Below, in pieces: positions 19,795 through 27,095 of a stretch of 61,597 bases of DNA. Within the stretch, counting starts at the first letter, position 1. Each line of letters opens with the position of its first letter. The translations under genes and the position numbers were made by a program. Location of the stretch: positions 1 through 61,597 of the IMG/VR virus record IMGVR_UViG_3300022743_000214; one strand, 5' to 3'. The notes beneath the pieces were generated by a model. That model was not told where the DNA came from and made no database searches. It saw nothing but the letters and a program-made list of their open reading frames with translations. This DNA is from a virus. Lineage: Duplodnaviria; Caudoviricetes.

Positions 19795-20079
19795 TCATTC
19801 CAGATGGCCGATCACGTCGAGGCGGTCGTCACCACGCTCAAACGCGCCGAGCCAGCCGTCGCTGGAGTTGGTGCGGCTCATGAGAAGATTGAACCCCTCG
19901 CACCCACGAGCTTTCGCGGTAGCAAAGTCAGCGGTCTCAAACTTTGCCTCTCGGACTAAAGTCGCAGCCATCGACTTCATTGCATATTCAAACAGATCGA
20001 TCAAGTTTTCTTGAAGATTGGCGTCTATATTTTGTGAAATGATGTCATCAATGATTGCTTTTTTTATGCTGTTTCGCAT
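19795..20079 (-). CDS. Hypothetical protein at the end of the phage late region
   Basis: 94-aa ORF with purine-rich RBS; upstream motif shared with 45541-45571. Confidence 0.65.
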   Translation of the reverse strand: MRNSIKKAIIDDIISQNIDANLQENLIDLFEYAMKSMAATLVREAKFETADFATAKARGCEGFNLLMSRTNSSDGWLGAFERGDDRLDVIGHLE

Positions 20080-20108
20080 GGGTGATACTCTCTCTTTCTC
20101 GAGGGAAT

Positions 20109-20141
20109 GACATGAACGCTCGGTTTTGCCAAAAAACCAAG
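20109..20141 (-). promoter_or_regulatory. Candidate promoter motif CTTGG-N15-GAGCGT (copy 1)
   Basis: Minus strand CTTGGTTTTTTGGCAAAACCGAGCGTTCATGTC; same spacing as the copy at 45541. Confidence 0.45.
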
Positions 20142-20187
20142 TGATTTCTCCAATATCTGTATCAAGCGTTGCAAATTACCGACTGAA

Positions 20188-20691
20188 TTAATTTCTAAGA
20201 TCCATCGAGTGCATGGTTTGAGCCCACTTCTGAAACTCTAAAAGCATCAATGTGGTCTGAGCGGCATCGTCGGCTAGCCGCTCACAGCTCATCCCCCTCT
20301 CATCTCCGGAGGCAGCAAGTAAAGGGTCGGCGGAGGATTGAGCAATTGCTTCGGTATTTGTGGGAACGTCGGACAGCGCACTTCCACTGGGTGCGGTGTT
20401 GTTGCACACCCCATCAAAAATAGTGTCAGGCAGGCGAGAAGCCAATAGTTTGGATTTTTTAAGAAAGTCATTTGAAATTTCCTGATTGATTTGGGCTTGT
20501 CCAAGCTTTACGTCTTCAATGTGCTGCTCCTGCTTGGCAACCACTTGCTCTACCCTGCTCTTTTCAGCATTCCAGGCAGATTGAACTCGTACTTCACCTA
20601 ACTGAACGCCAATGATCATTGCCATCGCCAGCAATAGGCAGTCCATCAAGATTGACCAATTGGCCAACAGAAATCGACTCAGCCAACTCAT
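20188..20691 (-). CDS. Inner-membrane spanin (Rz-like)
   Basis: N-terminal TM helix plus coiled coil, follows the endolysin, contains an embedded lipoprotein ORF. Confidence 0.75.
   Translation of the reverse strand: MSWLSRFLLANWSILMDCLLLAMAMIIGVQLGEVRVQSAWNAEKSRVEQVVAKQEQHIEDVKLGQAQINQEISNDFLKKSKLLASRLPDTIFDGVCNNTAPSGSALSDVPTNTEAIAQSSADPLLAASGDERGMSCERLADDAAQTTLMLLEFQKWAQTMHSMDLRN
20289..20471 (-). CDS. Outer-membrane lipoprotein spanin (Rz1-like), embedded in Rz
   Basis: From ATG 20471: MTFLKNPNYWLLACLTLFLMGC lipobox followed by a Pro-rich mature region; different frame within Rz. Confidence 0.75.
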   Translation of the reverse strand: MTFLKNPNYWLLACLTLFLMGCATTPHPVEVRCPTFPQIPKQLLNPPPTLYLLPPEMRGG

Positions 20692-21152
20692 TGCATACCT
20701 CCGTCAAGTGAAGTCAATTTGTGAGCAGTAATTACGGAGATGACTTTGTTCGCATAGCCAGGATCAGTGGCGTAACCAGCTTTGGCTAAAGCTTTGACAA
20801 AAGCCTCTGCAGTCAAGCAACTGAAGCAAGGCAGGTACCGTGAGTTTTGCTTCAAAAAGGTAGCGTGGTCGTCAATACTGTCTTTCCAACTAGGGTACTT
20901 TCGCCACTTAGCCGAGACAACAACCCATTCCCCCTTAATGAATTCCTTGGTATCAAGAGTCAATATCTCCCCTCGCCAGAGATTGTCTGCCTTGATACCA
21001 AATAAGTTATTTCCAGCCTTTGCCAGGCCTGACTCTCCCCAGCCTGACTCCAATGCAGCCTGCGCAATCGTGATGCTTGCGAATACGCCTGTACGTTTAG
21101 CTTCGGCTTGGGCCAAGGGCGAAACTTGAGTAATAAATGCCTGAGGATTCAT
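20688..21152 (-). CDS. Endolysin, GH73 glucosaminidase/FlgJ-like
   Basis: AQAALESGWG, NNLFGIKA, GYATDPGY. Confidence 0.9.
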   Translation of the reverse strand: MNPQAFITQVSPLAQAEAKRTGVFASITIAQAALESGWGESGLAKAGNNLFGIKADNLWRGEILTLDTKEFIKGEWVVVSAKWRKYPSWKDSIDDHATFLKQNSRYLPCFSCLTAEAFVKALAKAGYATDPGYANKVISVITAHKLTSLDGGMQ

Positions 21153-21532
21153 AGCAACCCCTTCACATCTTTTGCAACTTCATCAATGGACTCATCGCGA
21201 CGAGCCGAGATGAAATTGAAGAGCCAGCGCACGACTGCCCAACCGGGCAGACCGCAGGCAAAGATCACCCCGCCCATGGCGTACAGACCAATCGTTGAAA
21301 ACGCCCAGTGATGAAGCTGGAAATATTCGATGGTGATAGCACCACCACAAATACTGGACACGACGGTGCTGATCAGACCAACTGTCCATTCACGGACATT
21401 GCGCGGTGGCGTCATGAGCATGACGACCACGGCGGCAAGGGTTGCACCCCCAGCGGCAGCACCCGCTGTTCCACCGATCGCCTTGTAGGCTGCGGCGGCA
21501 CCTGCCACGCTTGAAGTTGTAGGTTCTGGCAT
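21149..21532 (-). CDS. Putative holin
   Basis: Start at MPEPTTSS (GGAGA RBS); about 3 hydrophobic segments, charged C-terminus; overlaps the endolysin start. Confidence 0.75.
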   Translation of the reverse strand: MPEPTTSSVAGAAAAYKAIGGTAGAAAGGATLAAVVVMLMTPPRNVREWTVGLISTVVSSICGGAITIEYFQLHHWAFSTIGLYAMGGVIFACGLPGWAVVRWLFNFISARRDESIDEVAKDVKGLL

Positions 21533-21544
21533 TGATTTCTCCCC

Positions 21545-21572
21545 AAAAAACCGCCAGGGCAAACCTTGGCGG
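21545..21572 (-). terminator. Intrinsic terminator between the radical SAM gene and the holin
   Basis: Minus strand CCGCCAAGG-TTTG-CCCTGGCGG followed by TTTTTT. Confidence 0.65.
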
Positions 21573-21595
21573 CTGTAGTGAATAAAGGTTTCGAA

Positions 21596-22966
21596 TTAGG
21601 CAGAGACGACTGGAATTGGAAATGGCTTAACCGATTGGCTTTGCATCGCAGCGGGTTCTTGTTCAAACCCAAAGATGTCCTTGCGATCAAGTCGTAATTC
21701 ACCATCGATGTGAACAGGGATCAGTCCCGTTAGAAACTCAATGCCAGCTGCGAAGATGGGCAGCGCATCAGAATAGGCGTTATCACACGACGCATCCCAA
21801 AGCGGGCCTTCCAGAAACATGCAGGCCCCTTTGCAGATCTGCACGACAGGGCACTTCGGACACTCTGTTCTTTTGGACCAGTGGGTTGATGTCGTGAGCC
21901 CTACATCGCCCAACTGGGATGTATTACCAATGCAATGGCTCTGACCATTAGGTGCCGAGGCAGATGCGCTGACGTTTTGGCAGGTCAACACATTGCCTGT
22001 GAGATCCACGGCGATGGAATCAGATTGATCCATACCGCACTTTTGGCTCAGACTAGACGCTGGGCGTTTGGTTCGCAATGAGTTCACAAAAGACATCATG
22101 CGGTCGCGGACACTCGAAATACGATCTGCCCGACCATGCCGAATGTCCTGAAACGCCTGACGGCGATAAGCGTGAAACTCCTCAGGCTTCAGTGACAAAG
22201 CAAGGCCACCAGCGTCATAGGCATCTACGAATCCGCCCTCTCCTATCATCACCTTTGGGTCTCCTGTGATTTCAGTGAAGAAGGCCTGAATGGCTGCTCG
22301 AGACTGGTTGGATCGATTGACCATGGCGTTGAAGCTGAAACGCCCCTGAGGGGCGAGTCGCTGGTACAGATCAAGAATTGCTTGTCGGGCTTCAGGGTCT
22401 TGCAATGGATCAGGCCCGCGAACGTGTTGTCCAGGTCCATCGTGTGAAACGCTGACCGTAAAGCCCAGTTCATCCAACCACTGATTCAGCTCCAAGTTGA
22501 GCAAAGAACCATTGGTGATCACTGAGAACCTGGCCAATGGGTACTTCGCCCTCAAGGCCTCAGCCAAGGGTTTCAGGGTCTTGATGTAGACCAATGGCTC
22601 ACCACCCCAAAACTCAATGGCCTCAGTCGGGGTCAATACCCAGCTATCCAGAGTGTTCAGAAAACCTTTCACGTCCTCAGGATTGGTTTCAGAGGCCCGG
22701 GCCACGAAGCGCTGAGAGCAATATTCACAAGCGTAGTTGCAGGACAGGCCAAGAGAGATTTTGAGGATGCGAGGGGATGTTTTCCCAAGCGGAGTGTCTT
22801 TCGAGACCACGGGTGCGATGCCACCGTCACTTTGCACTACGGTATCCACAGTACGAATCACGGAATTGCCCTGAATGTCAGTCAGGGTCGATTCCATGTT
22901 GTCGTAAATCAGCGGCATGACAGAGTTTTTTCTTGGGTCTGCTGCGGCAATCAGAAATTTAGCCAT
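21596..22966 (-). CDS. Radical SAM enzyme with SPASM domain (peptide/protein maturase-like)
   Basis: CNYACEYC (CxxxCxxC), FWGGEP, ITNG, SVSHDG; C-terminal CG...GNVLTCQ...CPKCPVVQICKGAC...C. Confidence 0.9.
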   Translation of the reverse strand: MAKFLIAAADPRKNSVMPLIYDNMESTLTDIQGNSVIRTVDTVVQSDGGIAPVVSKDTPLGKTSPRILKISLGLSCNYACEYCSQRFVARASETNPEDVKGFLNTLDSWVLTPTEAIEFWGGEPLVYIKTLKPLAEALRAKYPLARFSVITNGSLLNLELNQWLDELGFTVSVSHDGPGQHVRGPDPLQDPEARQAILDLYQRLAPQGRFSFNAMVNRSNQSRAAIQAFFTEITGDPKVMIGEGGFVDAYDAGGLALSLKPEEFHAYRRQAFQDIRHGRADRISSVRDRMMSFVNSLRTKRPASSLSQKCGMDQSDSIAVDLTGNVLTCQNVSASASAPNGQSHCIGNTSQLGDVGLTTSTHWSKRTECPKCPVVQICKGACMFLEGPLWDASCDNAYSDALPIFAAGIEFLTGLIPVHIDGELRLDRKDIFGFEQEPAAMQSQSVKPFPIPVVSA

Positions 22967-23576
22967 CGTGTCTTGCTACCTTGATGTTGAGTAATACCTG
23001 CATGAAGGGGATGTCTCCCATGTACGGCTTTTGGAAATGGACGGCCCTGGCATCGAAGGCCACCAGCAATCCCCTGTGGGGTTTGATCCAGAACTTGGCA
23101 TGGGTTTCCCATGGCATCAAGCATTTGCCAAACCCTGAGGAACGCCAGTCTGGATTGCAGATCGCGAATGCGTTGGGACCGTACTGGTTGACCTGCTTTT
23201 GCAGATCTCTGAGAGGATCCAGCTCAGCGCCGTTTGGGAAATACACAGCCTGCAGATGACATTCGTCTTCGTCAGAGTGCGGCATGATTTCCACACCAGC
23301 CGTTCGAACCACTTCGCGTCCTTGCAGATTCGTGATGCGCCCTTGCGGTCCGATGAATTCATGTTGAATCAACGTGAGCACGTTGGAGGCTAGTTGATTG
23401 GCGCTTGGGATCGTTCCATCGAAGATGTTGTGGGACTGACGATTCCAGATCTCACCGCCCTCAGTTTTCATGGAAGCATGGACAGCCAGTAAATCGTCGT
23501 AGAGCTTCTGGTCAAACGCTGGATCAGAGTCCAGTGACCAAAGCCCCACCGTGGTGGGGAACAGCTCTAACCTCAT
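22959..23576 (-). CDS. Putative 2OG-Fe(II) oxygenase
   Basis: ELFPT N-terminus, IMPHSD (HxD), AVYF, GLLVAFDA..VH..PY, terminal NIKV: double-stranded beta-helix pattern. Confidence 0.7.
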   Translation of the reverse strand: MRLELFPTTVGLWSLDSDPAFDQKLYDDLLAVHASMKTEGGEIWNRQSHNIFDGTIPSANQLASNVLTLIQHEFIGPQGRITNLQGREVVRTAGVEIMPHSDEDECHLQAVYFPNGAELDPLRDLQKQVNQYGPNAFAICNPDWRSSGFGKCLMPWETHAKFWIKPHRGLLVAFDARAVHFQKPYMGDIPFMQVLLNIKVARHDG

Positions 23577-24436
23577 AGAACACTCACCACCAGGTCATCC
23601 GTGCCCGAGAAGAACTTAAAACCCACCTTAATCTTGGACGTGTTGCCAGAGACCATGCCATCTGGACGGAAAGTGGTGGAACCAGCACCCTTCACAGTAG
23701 TGATGCGTCGGCCCACAAGATAGCCCGCAGTTGAGTCGAGGTAGATCTCAGCATCGCGGTCAGTGATGGGAGTTCCATCAGCAGTTTCAAGCTGAAAATT
23801 CACAGCCACTTCACCATTCGCGGCGATCTCAACCACCTTACTTCCCACAAAGCGAACCACAGGCAAAGTTTCATCGCGCACCAAAGCCAAGGTGATTGAT
23901 GGGATCACTTCAATGTTCTTTGATGCTATAACCAGCTCAGGACTGAAAACATTGAACCCTAGTGACCAATCCTCAAGGGGAGAGCTTTTGAATGGAACCA
24001 AGATCTGACCAATGGGGTGCGATTGCAGAACAGAGGCGTGATAAGCCTGAGCATCCATCTTGGAGGCAAGGGTTGCAACATAAAGATTGGGCGTCTGCGT
24101 GAAGAACCCATCCGGCGTTGTGTACCGCGCCATCACACCCACAGGGGCGTAGAGCATGAAGCTCGCATGATCGCCAAATTCTGGATGCTGTGTGAGCGTT
24201 TGAAGATCCAAAGTTCGCTGATACACAGGCTCACCCATGACCCCAAAGTCACCTCGCCATTCAGTGATCAATCCCTGATCAAAGTATTTCCCACCACTGG
24301 GGTGATCCTTGGTTGAGTCGCCAACAAACTCTCGTTGCATGATGGCTCTGACAGCAAATGCCAGAGTTGTATCGGCCAAGGTGACATCCAGCGCAAAGGG
24401 TGGGTTCTTATTGCCTAGGTAAAGTTTCATATTCAC
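23573..24436 (-). CDS. Hypothetical protein, beta-rich C-terminus (Ig-like?)
   Basis: 287-aa ORF with AGGAG RBS overlapping the tail-fibre stop; ATGA overlap with the oxygenase. Confidence 0.7.
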   Translation of the reverse strand: MNMKLYLGNKNPPFALDVTLADTTLAFAVRAIMQREFVGDSTKDHPSGGKYFDQGLITEWRGDFGVMGEPVYQRTLDLQTLTQHPEFGDHASFMLYAPVGVMARYTTPDGFFTQTPNLYVATLASKMDAQAYHASVLQSHPIGQILVPFKSSPLEDWSLGFNVFSPELVIASKNIEVIPSITLALVRDETLPVVRFVGSKVVEIAANGEVAVNFQLETADGTPITDRDAEIYLDSTAGYLVGRRITTVKGAGSTTFRPDGMVSGNTSKIKVGFKFFSGTDDLVVSVL

Positions 24437-24439
24437 TCC

Positions 24440-25366
24440 TTAGCAGCAGTTGCAATCGCAATTGCAGTTGTACCGAGTGCCATAAGCACCCAAACGAAGC
24501 GTTCCACCTTGGTCAAACAGCGTGACCAGGTTGTAGTAGGCGTAAGGAGCTTGATCGCCGCAGTTGTAGCAGTTATCCGTGATCTGACAGTTGGGCGCAC
24601 CCTGCCAACCCGAAGTAGGGTTGTTGTTGACGCGAACGCAGTTGCTCACCACGTTGAAGAAGTAATCCTGGAGCCACCCGTAGTTACATGTCCACAACGA
24701 CCCTGAGTTGTTCATGTACATGTCCCAGCTGCCATCGGATCGGAGAAACCCCATGAGACCACCGTTGTGGTGCAGGTAACGGGTTCCCCAGTCCTGATCA
24801 ACCATGTCGATGTAGTTCGCCGTGCTGGCAATCTGCAACCTTGGAACGGTCAACGTGCCCGACATGGTGTCGCCCGTCTTGGCGACGCGACTGGACAAGT
24901 CAATCGGAATGGATGAGTTGCCATTGGCATCAGGCCCTACCCCGTTCACCGAGCGAACAAATGCAGTGGAATCAATGCCATCTAACTTGTCAGCGTCTGC
25001 CGCCTTCGCTGTTATCCCCAAATACGCGCTGTTGTGGTTGTGACCAATCGCTGCATACGCTGAGTCGTGGTTGTGGCCCGACAGCGCAAAGCCAGAAGAA
25101 GCGATGCCACCCAGCAAATCAGAGTTTGGAGCCTTGCTGACCGTGCCAGACAAATCAATGACCATCTTCCACGTGGCAGGACTCACAACGGTCAGGACAT
25201 AGAGCTTTTGCTCGTCTGTCTTGAAACAAGGCATACCCAACTGAAGGTTGACCGTTGGGAACGATGTGCCGCTGTTGAGCGACATAGCAGTCTTGTCGTT
25301 GTTCAGGATCTGAGACAACGAATCCGACAGCGTGGTCGAAGATTGAATTTCGGTGTAGTTCTGCAC
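24440..25366 (-). CDS. Tail fibre protein with Asn-Cys-rich C-terminal tip
   Basis: Tail-fibre motifs GHNHDSAY/GHNHNSAY, ADADKLDGIDS, VRSVNG, RVAKTGDTMSGTL; ends RYNCNCDCNCC. Confidence 0.8.
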   Translation of the reverse strand: MQNYTEIQSSTTLSDSLSQILNNDKTAMSLNSGTSFPTVNLQLGMPCFKTDEQKLYVLTVVSPATWKMVIDLSGTVSKAPNSDLLGGIASSGFALSGHNHDSAYAAIGHNHNSAYLGITAKAADADKLDGIDSTAFVRSVNGVGPDANGNSSIPIDLSSRVAKTGDTMSGTLTVPRLQIASTANYIDMVDQDWGTRYLHHNGGLMGFLRSDGSWDMYMNNSGSLWTCNYGWLQDYFFNVVSNCVRVNNNPTSGWQGAPNCQITDNCYNCGDQAPYAYYNLVTLFDQGGTLRLGAYGTRYNCNCDCNCC

Positions 25367-25377
25367 TTATTACCCTT

Positions 25378-26568
25378 TTAATATCCTTGTGCAACCCAAG
25401 AAATCAGCCCCGTCATCCGGGTGCCTGATGTGTTTTCAAGAACTGCTGTGAATCCCGTGGTGCTGACAGAGCCAAGAATCCGTGGCACTGCAACTGAAGT
25501 GCCGCCTTTAAAAGTCATCGTGACTTCAGGAGACACCCTGAACAACCGGGCGAAAGACACACTCACGCCATTAGCGGCATTGCTGATGGAGGCGGTTCCT
25601 CGGTCGAAGATGTCTGGCACATCCACCGTGACCCTGAGCCCATCGATGTAGCCGCGATCGGCATTGCTTGAAGTCAGGATGGCTCTGAACAGCGCCCTTT
25701 GGTAGGTGTAGTCACCTTGGATGAAATCCCTGAAGCTGGTGTACCCGGGTGGGTGGCCAGCCTCAAAGATGTCCAGGAAATCCTGATCGGTGATCTCCGT
25801 GGTTGCGAACAAGATGTCACTCACAACCCCGTTGGCATGACGCCTGTACTGTTCGGCCAGAGCAAAAGCTTCACTGAGCTTTAAGGTTTGTGCACGCTTT
25901 AGGCCTTCAGCAAAACTGAACCCCTCAGCCAATGCCAGTTTGTAGGCAATCGTTCGCCCAAAGGCTTCAGCAAAACTCATCGCCTCGCTGATGCTTTTGA
26001 TCTGGCGTTTGGAGATTGCATCGTTTGTTGCAAACGATTCGGCAAACGGCTTGGTGTTGACCTTGGCCGCAACTTCGCCAAACGACAAACTCTCCGCCAC
26101 ACGCAAGATGTAAGCGATGAGGTCTGTGTAGGTTTCGGCGATCGAGATCGTTTCGAACTTCTTGAGAATGACGCTGCGCATCAATCCTTCAGAAATCTGA
26201 AACGACTCCATGACCGCTTTGATGTTCGCGTTGGAAATCTTCTCGCCAAAACTCATACTCTCCACGAATCGAATCGTGTAAGCGATCAGATCGGTGTAGG
26301 TCTCCAAAAACGAAAACACTTCAAACTTCTGAATAACCACCGAACGAGACGAGCCTTCAGCAAACACCATGTATTCGGTCAACGCCTTGATTCCCAGCTT
26401 CTGGCTCAGCTCAGCAAAGCTCAGATCGGTTGCAACGCTTAAGGCATAGACCGCAGGATAGGCTGTGGTCCAGTTCTTACCGGCAGCAGCACTTGACCAA
26501 TTGAACTTGGAGCCTGCCCAGTTGTAGTTCGTACCAGGCGTGCTTGTGACGTTGACAACCTCAGCCAT
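25378..26568 (-). CDS. Tail-associated repetitive protein
   Basis: About 18-20 aa periodic E-x-hydrophobic-x-F-x-E repeats, ETYTDLIAY twice; lies between gpJ and the fibre. Confidence 0.65.
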   Translation of the reverse strand: MAEVVNVTSTPGTNYNWAGSKFNWSSAAAGKNWTTAYPAVYALSVATDLSFAELSQKLGIKALTEYMVFAEGSSRSVVIQKFEVFSFLETYTDLIAYTIRFVESMSFGEKISNANIKAVMESFQISEGLMRSVILKKFETISIAETYTDLIAYILRVAESLSFGEVAAKVNTKPFAESFATNDAISKRQIKSISEAMSFAEAFGRTIAYKLALAEGFSFAEGLKRAQTLKLSEAFALAEQYRRHANGVVSDILFATTEITDQDFLDIFEAGHPPGYTSFRDFIQGDYTYQRALFRAILTSSNADRGYIDGLRVTVDVPDIFDRGTASISNAANGVSVSFARLFRVSPEVTMTFKGGTSVAVPRILGSVSTTGFTAVLENTSGTRMTGLISWVAQGY

Positions 26569-26572
26569 GGGC

Positions 26573-27019
26573 TTAGCTCATCGTGAAGGTAAACACTGCT
26601 GTCAAGCTGTCGTCTGACCCCTTGTTCACCACGGGGAAAACCACGCGGTCGAACATCGTGCCGCTAGAGGATGCATTGAACACACCCGCCTCGGTGATTG
26701 CCCCTGTAGCGTCTCCCGCAAGAAAGCTCGCTGTGAAGGTGAACACCTTGGTGCCTGCCGTGTGAGCGTAGGTGGCAGCATTGCGTTTGAGTTCGGTCAC
26801 CAACGCCGTTTGCGTGGATGCGGCAGCCGTAGAACCTGTGCCCACAGCAATCCAGCCCATCACACCCGGGCGTGCCGATGAGTTTCCAATGGCGTCGGCC
26901 ACAAAATCAAAGCCACCCCCGACGATGATGTTGTCCTTGTGGACCACCTCCACCTCCCCACTCGCTTTGGTGAGCAAGAGGGTGATGGCCCCTTTGATCT
27001 TCATGCCTTCTTCGATCAT
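26573..27019 (-). CDS. Small tail/baseplate-associated protein
   Basis: NIIV..G, IAVGTG, TALVTEL, ITEAGVFNA: pattern common in tail-fibre anchoring proteins. Confidence 0.65.
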   Translation of the reverse strand: MIEEGMKIKGAITLLLTKASGEVEVVHKDNIIVGGGFDFVADAIGNSSARPGVMGWIAVGTGSTAAASTQTALVTELKRNAATYAHTAGTKVFTFTASFLAGDATGAITEAGVFNASSSGTMFDRVVFPVVNKGSDDSLTAVFTFTMS

Positions 27020-27036
27020 GGATGTTTCTCCAAATT

Positions 27037-27069
27037 AAAAGGCGCTGCACCTATTAGGTACAACGCCTT
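27037..27069 (-). terminator. Hairpin/terminator after gpJ
   Basis: Minus strand AAGGCGTTGTACCT-AAT-AGGTGCAGCGCCTT (14-bp stem including two G-U pairs) running into a short T-tract. Confidence 0.55.
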
Positions 27070-27095
27070 GGTTGGTAAAAAAATGATTTGTGTTT

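Noticed and set aside
21596-22966. Radical SAM as QueE, NrdG or another DNA-modification enzyme
   Set aside because: Too long, has a SPASM domain, lacks que/nrd neighbours and lies in the tail module; not formally excluded without experiments.
24440-24700. Diversity-generating retroelement target (AAC-rich fibre C-terminus)
   Set aside because: No reverse transcriptase and no second near-identical template repeat seen in the window; the Asn codons are tied to Cys in an NC pattern.
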